A stretch of 37,329 nt of DNA from a virus: the UHGV virus genome UHGV-0230703; one strand, 5' to 3'. This document shows positions 23,521 through 31,978 of this stretch, one piece after another. A program made the translations under genes and the position numbers. The first letter of the stretch is position 1. Each line of letters starts with the position of its first letter. The notes under the pieces are model-generated. The model did not search any database. It was not told where the DNA came from and saw nothing but the letters and a program-made list of their open reading frames with translations.

Positions 23521-25020
23521 TCACTCCCCTGTTTCATCTTTTTTGTTGTTAATTACTTCTTCACCATCTGAATCAAAAATGCCAATCTGCTTTTGCGTTT
23601 CTTTATTTACTCGTTTTAATTCTGCCTGTACATCTGGAACAAAAGAAGCGAGTCCTAAGATCGTCTCTTGACTGAGTTCAGCTCCAGCATCAACCAAAGA
23701 TTTCAACTCTTCCAGAATGGCTTTAGGTAGATTAGGCGTAAATATTACACGTAAGCCTTTCAAATCGGAGTTATCCATTTCAGAAATACTTGATTTTAGG
23801 CTAAATAAAAGACGATAACGCCGCATAAGACCCTTTTTGAATAGCCTTTGCTTTGTTGCCGTCATTTGTTCAAATCCAAATAATTTATATTTCATCGCTT
23901 CTCCTGATTGCACTCCGGAAAAATTGTCATCAGTAAGATCAGGAACCATTGAGATTTCGTGGATATCCTTGCGTACTCTGTCTTTGTATGCTTCCACACC
24001 GTTCACATCATATTGTTTGTAAATATATCCTGCAGTCACACTTGTTTTATTACCGTTCACATCAGTTCCAGATTCAAGCAAAAGCATATTCGCTTCTTTC
24101 TGCTTGATGGCGTCCTCTGTGGACAGTCCTGATGCTTCAATATCGCCACTAATAACTAGGAGAGCATCGTTTAAATCAGTCATATAGTTGGCTGTATCAG
24201 ACTGTCCTGCATCATATAGATCAATCAAGGATAGCACATCTTCATACAAGCCCATTCGGAAACGATTAGGAGAATACTCTGTAATAGGTACCTCTTTATA
24301 TTCATGCGGTTCATCTTGAGGATTCTTTAACTCAATTGCTGTTAGTGTCGTCTCATCATAAGTGATACTTTTTTCTTTTGTGTATACGATTGGTTGAATG
24401 TACTGTTTATCAGCATCCTTGTTGAATCTTGTCTTAGGATACCGTACAGCCAAAATAGGCTCTCGCTTTACTGTAGTATCATATACAACAAACGTTTCAA
24501 ATACATTAGCCAAATCAACATAATCTGTATCATCTGAATCTCGATAGATAATCTCATAGGCTCTCCCATACTTATCCATATCAAGCCAGAGTTCAGCATT
24601 TAACCCATCTATGTCATTATTAGTATTAAACTCTTCGATTTCTTTTTGTTGATTTGTGTCCTCGATTTGCACTTTTATAGGATTGCCTGTGTTGTACCCA
24701 ACATCAAACGTACAAAGAACTTTTCCAAAGTTATGTGCTGATCGATGATCCGCTTTTTCCTTTTCTCTACGTCTACGGTTATCCATGATATTTGTATTTC
24801 TAGCTTTGTAATAATCATCTAATACACTAAGCCGCTTTACCTGATATTCATGATGATGTTTTATCATTGCTGCTAAAGTATCTGAATCGTTTAGTAAATC
24901 TTCTGCTGAGCTAAATCTATAGTGAAGATTGGAATCTACGCTAAACTTTACATAATTTGTGTTCACGTCGTTAGAATAATGTATATCAGCACCGTATTCA
25001 AATTCGTTTACCTTATCCAT
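23521..25020 (-). CDS. portal protein
   Basis: 499 aa between terL and the minor head gene. Confidence 0.85.
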   Translation of the reverse strand: MDKVNEFEYGADIHYSNDVNTNYVKFSVDSNLHYRFSSAEDLLNDSDTLAAMIKHHHEYQVKRLSVLDDYYKARNTNIMDNRRRREKEKADHRSAHNFGKVLCTFDVGYNTGNPIKVQIEDTNQQKEIEEFNTNNDIDGLNAELWLDMDKYGRAYEIIYRDSDDTDYVDLANVFETFVVYDTTVKREPILAVRYPKTRFNKDADKQYIQPIVYTKEKSITYDETTLTAIELKNPQDEPHEYKEVPITEYSPNRFRMGLYEDVLSLIDLYDAGQSDTANYMTDLNDALLVISGDIEASGLSTEDAIKQKEANMLLLESGTDVNGNKTSVTAGYIYKQYDVNGVEAYKDRVRKDIHEISMVPDLTDDNFSGVQSGEAMKYKLFGFEQMTATKQRLFKKGLMRRYRLLFSLKSSISEMDNSDLKGLRVIFTPNLPKAILEELKSLVDAGAELSQETILGLASFVPDVQAELKRVNKETQKQIGIFDSDGEEVINNKKDETGE

Positions 25021-25032
25021 TTCTCACACTCC

Positions 25033-26340
25033 TTAAAACATTCTTCTGATTTTGTTCCGCTGCTCTTTAGTAACGGTTGATTTCTTTTTGGCCCACATGT
25101 CTTCGTTGAAGGCGTATCTTGTCGCATCAATCGTATGGTTATCTTTATCCTCTAACCTTGGCTTAGGATTTCCATCACGATCTGTTTGATAGTCGATGTT
25201 CTCGAATTCCTTAGCAATATTCGGAGTGCGTAGTGGATCAATACAAATAAAAGCCAAATCATCTAGCCACTGTTCACCGTACTCAACAGAATCAGGTCCT
25301 TTTTTCACGCCTTTTATTCCTTTCATGCCATGTTCATTAACTAATTCAGCATTACTCTTTGGCTCTGCGCTATCTGAAAATATCTCCTCATTTTGGTAAC
25401 CTTTAGATTTAGCTTTGTTTGCAAATTCTCTATTGCTGATCTTCACGCCGTAAATTTCATCGATTGCATAAATACCGTTTTTCTTTTTGTCATAATGCCA
25501 TCTGACGAACGCTAAAGGATCCGTTGCATATCCATAGTCCAAACCGTTGCGGATGTTATCAAAGTTAGAGATCATTTCATCTGTAATAGAACCTTTCTTA
25601 ACTTGTAGATTATCAAAAGGTACAACTCCTGACCCCACAGCTTTACCATCATATTCCCACTCAGCCCTTCTTGGATTCCTTGCTCTAGTTGCCTCAACTT
25701 CTTTCAGAAATTCCTTAGAGATGAATGGATTATCCCGATAGGTCGAGTGATGAATAAAAGTGTTGTCTGGTTGAAAAGAAGTCTCATATTTTTTATTTAC
25801 CCAAGATTGTTTTCTCTTAGGTGGATTGTAGCTGTAAAAAAACTTATAAAAAAGACCATCATCTAATTCTCCACGTAAAAGGGAGTTCGTGATAGTCGTG
25901 ACTTCATCTTCTGTTTTAAATTCTGCTAATTCTTCAATCCAACCTATAGCAAATGGAAACTTGCTATCTTTTAAAGACTTGATTCGTTCTGGGTTTTGAG
26001 CACCACGAAATATCATATAATTCCCTCTTGGAAGATAAGTAATTTTAAGTGGTGACTTATTAAACTTAAATAGGCGCGATACTCCCTGCTTCTCAATTGC
26101 CCATTTCATTTGTTCGTAAATAGATTGCTCAAGTGTATTATCAACATAACGTATACCTACAGCATTCACTGCATATCTCATAAGTAACTGAGTAACGATG
26201 TGCGCTATATCTGATGATTTTCCTGAACCCCGGCCACCTTTACAAACTATATTAAGAATATCTTGATTTAAAGTTGCTCTCCATACTGAATGAAACTTCG
26301 GCGGAAGAAATTCAGATAGTTTTTTAGCCATCATCATCAC
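25033..26340 (-). CDS. terL: terminase large subunit
   Basis: Walker A CKGGRGSGKS near the N-terminus; 435 aa; overlaps the terS end. Confidence 0.9.
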   Translation of the reverse strand: MMMMAKKLSEFLPPKFHSVWRATLNQDILNIVCKGGRGSGKSSDIAHIVTQLLMRYAVNAVGIRYVDNTLEQSIYEQMKWAIEKQGVSRLFKFNKSPLKITYLPRGNYMIFRGAQNPERIKSLKDSKFPFAIGWIEELAEFKTEDEVTTITNSLLRGELDDGLFYKFFYSYNPPKRKQSWVNKKYETSFQPDNTFIHHSTYRDNPFISKEFLKEVEATRARNPRRAEWEYDGKAVGSGVVPFDNLQVKKGSITDEMISNFDNIRNGLDYGYATDPLAFVRWHYDKKKNGIYAIDEIYGVKISNREFANKAKSKGYQNEEIFSDSAEPKSNAELVNEHGMKGIKGVKKGPDSVEYGEQWLDDLAFICIDPLRTPNIAKEFENIDYQTDRDGNPKPRLEDKDNHTIDATRYAFNEDMWAKKKSTVTKEQRNKIRRMF

Positions 26341-26779
26341 TACTTATATCATCAATGAAAGTAGGTATTTCAGAAATTTCAACTTTCTGCTTATCTACAA
26401 ATGCTGCGTTTATTTTATAATAGTGCTCAAGTGCTTGGTTACGTTCTTTGAAACCTGCTGAATATTCACTCACTTCACGCTCTATGATTTCGTTTGTATA
26501 AGGATCTCTCTTAACAACTTCAAAGCGTTGTGGTTCTCCTTTTGCAATAGAAGCAGTAATAGCCAAAGCTTCTTCCATTGTTAAATGCCTCTTAGTTTGA
26601 ACTTCTTTTAGCTTCTCTTGAATGTAGTCGGATACTTTTCCACCTTTTTCCACCAATTTTTCTTGTGCGTTCTTAGCGTAGTTTTCTTTATAGCCAGCTT
26701 TCAGCGCTGACTGATAAGCATTGCCTGTGATGATGTACTCATCAGCAAAGGCTTGTTGCTTAGGATTCAACTTACTCAT
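26324..26779 (-). CDS. terS: terminase small subunit
   Basis: 151 aa with N-terminal HTH (KQQAFADEYIITGNAYQSALKAGY) typical of Terminase_2. Confidence 0.8.
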   Translation of the reverse strand: MSKLNPKQQAFADEYIITGNAYQSALKAGYKENYAKNAQEKLVEKGGKVSDYIQEKLKEVQTKRHLTMEEALAITASIAKGEPQRFEVVKRDPYTNEIIEREVSEYSAGFKERNQALEHYYKINAAFVDKQKVEISEIPTFIDDISSDDDG

Positions 26780-26797
26780 TTTCCATCACCACCTTTG

Positions 26798-27028
26798 TTA
26801 TATGTTAATGATATTTTTTATATTTGTCTGTATGTTCTGCTCACTAAAATATCCATGGCCACAGTAACGAAGATTGTACTTATCGATCTCTTTCGGTGTA
26901 GCTTCTCTGGTCATTTCAATGATGGAGTACTTCTTTTTGATTTGTACAGAACGCACAACACGCACTGAACAATCATCAATGGTTCGAGGATATTCATTAG
27001 TTAGCGATATATACCAGTAGTTTCTCAT
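26798..27028 (-). CDS. hypothetical 76-aa protein upstream of terS
   Basis: ORF only. Confidence 0.5.
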   Translation of the reverse strand: MRNYWYISLTNEYPRTIDDCSVRVVRSVQIKKKYSIIEMTREATPKEIDKYNLRYCGHGYFSEQNIQTNIKNIINI

Positions 27029-27034
27029 TATGTA

Positions 27035-27247
27035 TCACTCTTTCTGTTGGTTATTGGCAGAAAAGGTTCGCATCATAAATTCCATAGCCTGTCCTTCATT
27101 AAACCCTTGTAGAATAAGCTGGTCATAGAAATACTTAGCTTGTTTTGCGATTAACGCTAAGCTTTTTTGAGTTTCATAGAATGTCGCCTCCATGGTTTGA
27201 TTTGCTTCATTCGTTTTAAATAACTCTCTTAATTGGTTTTCATTCAT
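27035..27247 (-). CDS. hypothetical 70-aa protein (start trimmed to ATG 27247)
   Basis: RBS AAAGGAG 9 nt upstream of the internal ATG; the track's upstream extension overlaps another gene and a terminator. Confidence 0.55.
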   Translation of the reverse strand: MNENQLRELFKTNEANQTMEATFYETQKSLALIAKQAKYFYDQLILQGFNEGQAMEFMMRTFSANNQQKE

Positions 27248-27264
27248 AGATAAAACTCCTTTCA

Positions 27265-27287
27265 AAATAAAAAGACCGCTCAGCGGT
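27265..27287 (-). terminator. rho-independent terminator (ACCGC-tga-GCGGT + CTTTTTATTTT)
   Basis: seen on the minus strand; same flanking 14-mer AAAATAAAAAGACC as terminator 27493..27521. Confidence 0.5.
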
Positions 27288-27296
27288 AGTTTCTCA

Positions 27297-27470
27297 TTAG
27301 AAGTCCTTCTCTTCAGTCGCATTTAGATCATTGTAAATAGCCTTTGCTGTCTCTAATCCGACCCGCAGTCTTCGTTGAATGACTCCAACAGTTAGCTCCA
27401 TATCAACTTCTTCATAGTCCTTCTTTAGTTGCTTCATTTCCTCGAAATCTTTAGTAGTATATTGTTTCAT
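27297..27470 (-). CDS. FtsK-gamma-like winged-helix small protein (57 aa), below the track cutoff
   Basis: MKQYTTKDFEEMKQLKKDYEEVDMELTVGVIQRRLRVGLETAKAIYNDLNATEEKDF; GV.QRRLR.G...A..I matches the FtsK gamma motif; RBS AAAGGAG. Confidence 0.55.
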   Translation of the reverse strand: MKQYTTKDFEEMKQLKKDYEEVDMELTVGVIQRRLRVGLETAKAIYNDLNATEEKDF

Positions 27471-27492
27471 ATAATTATTCTCCTTTTAAATA

Positions 27493-27521
27493 AAATAAAA
27501 AGACCACTCAACGAGTGATCC
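27493..27521 (-). terminator. rho-independent terminator (GGATCACTC-gttg-GAGTGGTC + TTTTTATTTT)
   Basis: minus strand; 8-bp stem with one mismatch, then a T-run. Confidence 0.5.
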
Positions 27522-27534
27522 TAACATCTTTTAT

Positions 27535-27882
27535 TTACATAACGTAATACCTTAACTCGGCTAATGCGTTATCAATATTGTCAGATAGTTCTTTTTTGGG
27601 AGCTTTTATATTTTGTTTTGCTACAGTTTCCAACATCAATATAGCATATCCATCAAAAAAGAAACTATTTTCATTCTTTTTCTCCGTTCGTACTAATTTT
27701 GTTTCATTTTGAATCAATTTCAACTCATCATATACTTCTTTCCACTGGTCATAAGCTTTATTTAGTTCCTTATTTATCAAATAAGAATTTGCATTTTCTA
27801 ATTTCTGTATAAATCCATTAATTTGATTTTCAATATCTTTTTTTGTGAAAACTTTTTGTCTTAAATACATTTTGTCTTCCAT
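27535..27882 (-). CDS. hypothetical 115-aa protein, first gene after the ArpU-proximal gene-free region
   Basis: RBS AAAGGGGTGAGAG; ATG 27882. Confidence 0.65.
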   Translation of the reverse strand: MEDKMYLRQKVFTKKDIENQINGFIQKLENANSYLINKELNKAYDQWKEVYDELKLIQNETKLVRTEKKNENSFFFDGYAILMLETVAKQNIKAPKKELSDNIDNALAELRYYVM

Positions 27883-28198
27883 GCACTCTCACCCCTTTCG
27901 TAATATTTTTATTATATCATTTTTTACTATGTACAAATAGGAACAGCTTACATCTACAAACAACAGTTTTTTTAAGTTGAGTAAATACTCAATAAAACCG
28001 AAAGAGTTGCAATTAATAGACAGCAACACATGAACTAACTGTAGGAGCTGACCCCCACATCCTTTAGTTTATTTGCTGCTGTCTATCGAAGCTTAATTAA
28101 ACGATGAGGGAGATTTCCTCCCTTACATTTTATTTTGTCGAGGTCCTGTTTCCTAATCTTTCGACACTACCATAATAACACTGGTAAATGTCTAAAAA

Positions 28199-28226
28199 CC
28201 GCCATCATTCCGCCAAAAAACCGCCA
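28199..28226. repeat. three CCGCCA (minus: TGGCGG) motifs phased at 11 bp, immediately 3' of the arpU stop
   Basis: AAAAACCGCCAtcattCCGCCAaaaaaCCGCCAaatt; GC-rich in an AT-rich context; helical-turn spacing. Confidence 0.5.
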
Positions 28227-28228
28227 AA

Positions 28229-28642
28229 TTATTTATAAGCAATTATTTTTCCGTGTTTATATGCTTCTGCAAACTCTATTAGAGCTTCCGACTTCATCCG
28301 TTGTATACTTCTTTCTGAATAACCCACTTCACGGCTAATTCTGTAATTTGAGAAGCTATCTGGCACACAGAAGCTGTAGTAGAGTATCTGACGACTAATC
28401 AGACTAAGAGCCATCAAAGCCGCTAAAATCGCATCTCTCTCTGCTTCTATGTCCATCATCTGAATGATTGCGTCCTCTGCCTTATTGCCGTGCTTCGGTG
28501 CCTTCGGCATATCGGTTATGATAGGCGACTTAATATCTATCAAAGAGCGACCTGCCATCCGCTCCAAACGCCGAAAGTTTTTCAGCACATCTCTCGCATT
28601 ACATCTTGTCTGTTTGAAATCTACCTCTCGTAACAATTTCAT
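28229..28642 (-). CDS. arpU: ArpU-family late transcription regulator (sigma-70 region-4-like)
   Basis: C-terminus ...ISREVGYSERSIQRMKSEALIEFAEAY; start trimmed to ATG 28642 (or TTG 28645) after RBS AAAGGAG; the track start 28750 is a GTG without RBS. Confidence 0.8.
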   Translation of the reverse strand: MKLLREVDFKQTRCNARDVLKNFRRLERMAGRSLIDIKSPIITDMPKAPKHGNKAEDAIIQMMDIEAERDAILAALMALSLISRQILYYSFCVPDSFSNYRISREVGYSERSIQRMKSEALIEFAEAYKHGKIIAYK

Positions 28643-28752
28643 CAAGTCAAACCGCTCCTTTATGTGATATAATAAACTTGTCGGATTTATTACATCAGTC
28701 GAAGTGGTTTGGCTCTTTCGATAATTAATTTTTCTAATGAGGAGTGACACAA

Positions 28753-29097
28753 TTGTTATTTGTAATATGTTTATGTCTTTCTGTTTACTTGATGAATCTT
28801 GAATATAAAGAATATGGAAAACTTGTTCCTGGCTCAGCTGTTACTAATAAAACAAGTACACTAAAAGTCTTTCTTCTAATTGTTCAAAGAGTTGCAACAG
28901 TAGGAGTAATCTCGTATTTATATCCTTTCTTTGACCAATTTAATAATATCTTTTTAGATTTAGTAGATTTTATACTTTTAATTGTTATGTCATATTTTGG
29001 TATAAAAGCTCTTTTTCTTTTGACTCTTTTTTTATTGCGGCTCCTATCTAAAATAGGAAAAACCTTTTTAGATGATGATCATAAACCGTATGAATAA
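28753..29097 (+). CDS. small 3-TM membrane protein on the opposite strand to the early operon (moron / exclusion candidate)
   Basis: TTG 28753 with RBS GAGGAG 9 nt upstream; three hydrophobic helices; own plus-strand terminator. Confidence 0.5.
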   Translation: MLFVICLCLSVYLMNLEYKEYGKLVPGSAVTNKTSTLKVFLLIVQRVATVGVISYLYPFFDQFNNIFLDLVDFILLIVMSYFGIKALFLLTLFLLRLLSKIGKTFLDDDHKPYE

Positions 29098-29103
29098 TTT
29101 ATT

Positions 29104-29139
29104 CAGACAGGAAGTAATTACTGACTTTCTGTCTTTTTA
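29104..29139 (+). terminator. rho-independent terminator (CAGACAG ... CTGTCT + TTTTT) for the plus-strand membrane protein gene
   Basis: stem encloses the palindrome AGTAATTACT; overlaps the 3' end of minus-strand gene 29118..29468. Confidence 0.5.
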
Positions 29140-29468
29140 TTAATTAGTTCAATATCCACCAATCTCGCTACAGCTAAATTCTCTTTGCTTTTCGCTAACC
29201 GCTTGTCACATTCCATCGTGTTTTCAATGCGAATGATCGCTGAGTGATTATAGAGATGCTCTACATATCCACGAAACGGATAGATGAACCCTTCTGCTTC
29301 GCAGCGAACCATGTCACCGACTTTGAATTTTTGTTTCTGACGTGTTTTAGAGTTCTTTGTCGGCATATCTAGCATTAAACCGCCGATACCATGACTACTA
29401 GCGTAAAATCCGTCTTTTAGTTTCATTCCGCTTCCTCCTGTTTTAATTTTCTCCCACACATCGGACAA
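29118..29468 (-). CDS. hypothetical 116-aa protein
   Basis: ORF in the early operon. Confidence 0.6.
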   Translation of the reverse strand: MSDVWEKIKTGGSGMKLKDGFYASSHGIGGLMLDMPTKNSKTRQKQKFKVGDMVRCEAEGFIYPFRGYVEHLYNHSAIIRIENTMECDKRLAKSKENLAVARLVDIELINKKTESQ

Positions 29469-29629
29469 TAATTAATATAAGTAGCGACATCGCTATATAT
29501 ATCTTCCTGTCCAAACTCTGTTTCAATATAATAACCGTCTTCATCTTTATCTATTGCGATAGCAAAGTTAGATTCCGCTACATCGTTTAAAACTTCTCCA
29601 CCGTCGCAAAATTGACACTCTTTATTCAT
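29423..29629 (-). CDS. small zinc-ribbon protein (CxxC...CxxC), 68 aa
   Basis: CQFCDG ... CPMCGRK. Confidence 0.6.
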   Translation of the reverse strand: MNKECQFCDGGEVLNDVAESNFAIAIDKDEDGYYIETEFGQEDIYSDVATYINYCPMCGRKLKQEEAE

Positions 29630-29972
29630 CTGCTTCCTCCTGCTCTTGTACCCACGCTATGAATGCTACTAGAACTTCTTTGCGTTGAATACTATTCATA
29701 TTCCTAAAAACTTCTAATTCATGTACAACAGGTTCATCTGTGCCGAAGGCGTCAAGTGTCCACCACAAAGCAAATTCGAAACCATGATTTTCTTCAATTG
29801 TTTTTTCTTTCATCCAATCAAGAACGATTTTCTGGTTGTCGTTGAGTTGTAATTGATTGACCCGCGGAAATTTTGGCACATAGCCTTCAAATTTCACAGT
29901 GTTATCAGCTATGATCGCATTTACTGCTTTACCGTCAAATTCTCCATTGATAAAAACATATAATTCACTCAT
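29622..29972 (-). CDS. hypothetical 116-aa protein
   Basis: ORF; overlapping starts/stops with neighbours. Confidence 0.6.
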   Translation of the reverse strand: MSELYVFINGEFDGKAVNAIIADNTVKFEGYVPKFPRVNQLQLNDNQKIVLDWMKEKTIEENHGFEFALWWTLDAFGTDEPVVHELEVFRNMNSIQRKEVLVAFIAWVQEQEEADE

Positions 29973-30571
29973 CCTTCTACCACCTCTTCCACTGGCACAG
30001 CAAATGCCCAGTATCTTTCATCTGCTGATTTGATTGTGATTTCATTTAATTTTGTGCTAAATCCTCTTCTAGATTCTTTTGTAGGAAAAAACCTGGTTTC
30101 GTCACTGGTGAGATCATAAGCTAAGTACAAAAATTCTTTTTTAAGCTCTGCTGCCTCTTCATCCCAAACTTCATATGGTAGCGGGACATAATACAACGGT
30201 TCTTTCTCGACCTCGTAGCCAACAAAACAAGCTTTCTCGAAATCATAGCGACAATAAGCTTTTTCAAAGTATTCGCTCAACTTGTCTAATTCTAAATCAC
30301 GAGGCAACTTAGCTAAGTCCCCATTATCGTGCAAATCTCGTATAACATCACTTGGCGCACACTGCATTTTATTTGTCCAGTCAACGAGATCAGCTACAAA
30401 TTGTTGAATAACTGGCTTTTGCGGTTCGTCTAGTTGTTTTGCCAAGCCAACTGTATTGACATACGCTTCTGTTTTTCCTTGCCAGAAGTCCTTATATTTA
30501 GATATCTCCATGGAGCGTTTGGCATTTTCCTTAAGCTCTTCTAATGCCTCAATCAATTCCTGTTTATTCAT
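29969..30571 (-). CDS. hypothetical 200-aa protein
   Basis: ORF. Confidence 0.6.
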   Translation of the reverse strand: MNKQELIEALEELKENAKRSMEISKYKDFWQGKTEAYVNTVGLAKQLDEPQKPVIQQFVADLVDWTNKMQCAPSDVIRDLHDNGDLAKLPRDLELDKLSEYFEKAYCRYDFEKACFVGYEVEKEPLYYVPLPYEVWDEEAAELKKEFLYLAYDLTSDETRFFPTKESRRGFSTKLNEITIKSADERYWAFAVPVEEVVEG

Positions 30572-30945
30572 CGCTGTTCATCCCCCAATAACTCTGGATT
30601 CTCGTATATATTGCCTAAAATAGTGATGTAATAGCAGTTAACTAACCATCGAACCTCATCAGCTGTATATTCAAATGGATTCTTAAGCACAATTATGTGA
30701 GAATGATATTCTCCTGTTTCATCGGACCAACCAACTTCTACGATGTCACCTTCCCAACTTTCACACTTTGCACCATTGATGTCTTCACAGTTTTTCAGTC
30801 CTGTGGATTGCATGAGAACGACTTTATCTAATTCGTGTTCAATCGCTCCACCACAAGTTCCAACTATTCCTAAAGGCCAATCAATCTCTGCAACTTCTCG
30901 AATTTTTTGATCTGATGGATCATATAATCTAAACTTCGGTATCAT
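30568..30945 (-). CDS. YopX-family protein
   Basis: C-terminal GNIYENPELL signature of the YopX family; RBS GAGGAGGA. Confidence 0.8.
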   Translation of the reverse strand: MIPKFRLYDPSDQKIREVAEIDWPLGIVGTCGGAIEHELDKVVLMQSTGLKNCEDINGAKCESWEGDIVEVGWSDETGEYHSHIIVLKNPFEYTADEVRWLVNCYYITILGNIYENPELLGDEQR

Positions 30946-31047
30946 TTGCTGTCCTCCTCGTAAGCTCTCTTACTCCGTCTCGTCTTACTTTTGATAGGAC
31001 AATGTTCCTGGAATCACTGGTAATTCGATAATCTTCGATTTTCATGT

Positions 31048-31353
31048 CTAGCATTTTTTCTCCTCCACATACCTAAACTGTCGTCCTTTTGAATCAATCC
31101 ATAAGCTCCTAGCTCTGTCCCAGATAATGTTTTTGCTTAATCCAGTAATTTCAGATAACTGTTCAGCGGTACCCGTTACTAGAATACGGTCACCATGCCA
31201 GATTGCGATTTTTCTCGGCGTTCTCCGTTTGGTTTTTTCAGTCCACATTGATTTACCGAGCTTTTGGACTTCTGCAACTATTTCTTTGTCTTCTTGCCAA
31301 TTCTCAGAATATGTCAGTTCAATGATTCGTTTCATTGCCGCTTTCTTATCCAC
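31048..31353 (-). CDS. HTH (sigma region-4-like) protein, paralog A of a tandem pair
   Basis: GTG start with RBS GGAGGAA; about 60 percent identity to 31514..31816 (MDKKAAM.RIIELTYSE.W...RKIAIWHGD..LVTGTAEQL). Confidence 0.7.
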   Translation of the reverse strand: MDKKAAMKRIIELTYSENWQEDKEIVAEVQKLGKSMWTEKTKRRTPRKIAIWHGDRILVTGTAEQLSEITGLSKNIIWDRARSLWIDSKGRQFRYVEEKKC

Positions 31354-31355
31354 GT

Positions 31356-31517
31356 TTATTCCTCCAATCTACGAATTTCCCTTCTTAAATTCTCTATGTG
31401 CAAATCGATTGCCTTTCTCGCCGTTTCATTGACCATCACTGCCTTTGTTCGTTCTAGATCGTCAATTTCACGCTGAATGTTTCGAATACGCATTTGAATC
31501 ACTTCTTCTGTTGTCAT
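31356..31517 (-). CDS. 53-aa coiled-coil small protein between the paralogs, translationally coupled (ATGA overlap with upstream stop)
   Basis: MTTEEVIQMRIRNIQREIDDLERTKAVMVNETARKAIDLHIENLRREIRRLEE; RBS GGAGGA; below the track cutoff. Confidence 0.5.
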   Translation of the reverse strand: MTTEEVIQMRIRNIQREIDDLERTKAVMVNETARKAIDLHIENLRREIRRLEE

Positions 31518-31816
31518 GATGATTCCTCCACGTATCTAAACGTTCTCTTCTTAACGTCTGTGTATCCACACCTAGCTCTTTTTCTCACGATTTTCTCGTG
31601 CAAGCCTGTGAGACTTGCTAACTGTTCAGCTGTCCCTGTCACTAGAAGTTTGTCACCGTGCCAAATTGCGATTTTTCGTGGTCTTGGCTTGTTGCTCTTG
31701 TCTGCCCACATCGCTCTTCCAAGCCTCATCACTTCTGAAGCAGTTTCTTTTTCATTTTGCCAATCTTCTGAATAAGTCAATTCGATAATTCGCTGCATTG
31801 CCGCTTTCTTATCCAT
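31514..31816 (-). CDS. HTH (sigma region-4-like) protein, paralog B
   Basis: ATG with RBS AAAGGAGAA; paralogous to 31048..31353 also at DNA level. Confidence 0.7.
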   Translation of the reverse strand: MDKKAAMQRIIELTYSEDWQNEKETASEVMRLGRAMWADKSNKPRPRKIAIWHGDKLLVTGTAEQLASLTGLHEKIVRKRARCGYTDVKKRTFRYVEESS

Positions 31817-31973
31817 CCCGACATTCTCCTTTCAGTAATTTGAGTACTTGATCAAGTGCGCTCTCACGTCCGCCATGAAACGTGTTGAGCCACTTGTCTT
31901 CGTACGATACACTTTGTCTTAAAGCTTCTTGATGCATTAATTCGATCTGTGCTGTAAATGTCTTTAGGTCCAT
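31809..31973 (-). CDS. 54-aa small ORF coupled to paralog B (stop overlaps ATGGATAA start)
   Basis: MDLKTFTAQIELMHQEALRQSVSYEDKWLNTFHGGRESALDQVLKLLKGECRDG; RBS AGGTG. Confidence 0.4.
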   Translation of the reverse strand: MDLKTFTAQIELMHQEALRQSVSYEDKWLNTFHGGRESALDQVLKLLKGECRDG

Positions 31974-31978
31974 CTTGT

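Noticed and set aside
30946-31047. 34-aa minus-strand ORF between YopX and HTH paralog A
   Set aside because: The nearest SD-like sequence is 14 nt from its ATG; the region more likely just carries the YopX RBS (GAGGAGGA).
23238-31775. Remaining plus-strand track ORFs in the head, packaging and early regions (23238..23552, 23837..24022, 25196..25741, 26753..26968, 28135..28667, 31127..31775, 34342..34599, 35372..35620)
   Set aside because: Antisense to supported minus-strand genes and without RBSs. The exception is 28744..29097, which is retained with its start adjusted to TTG 28753.
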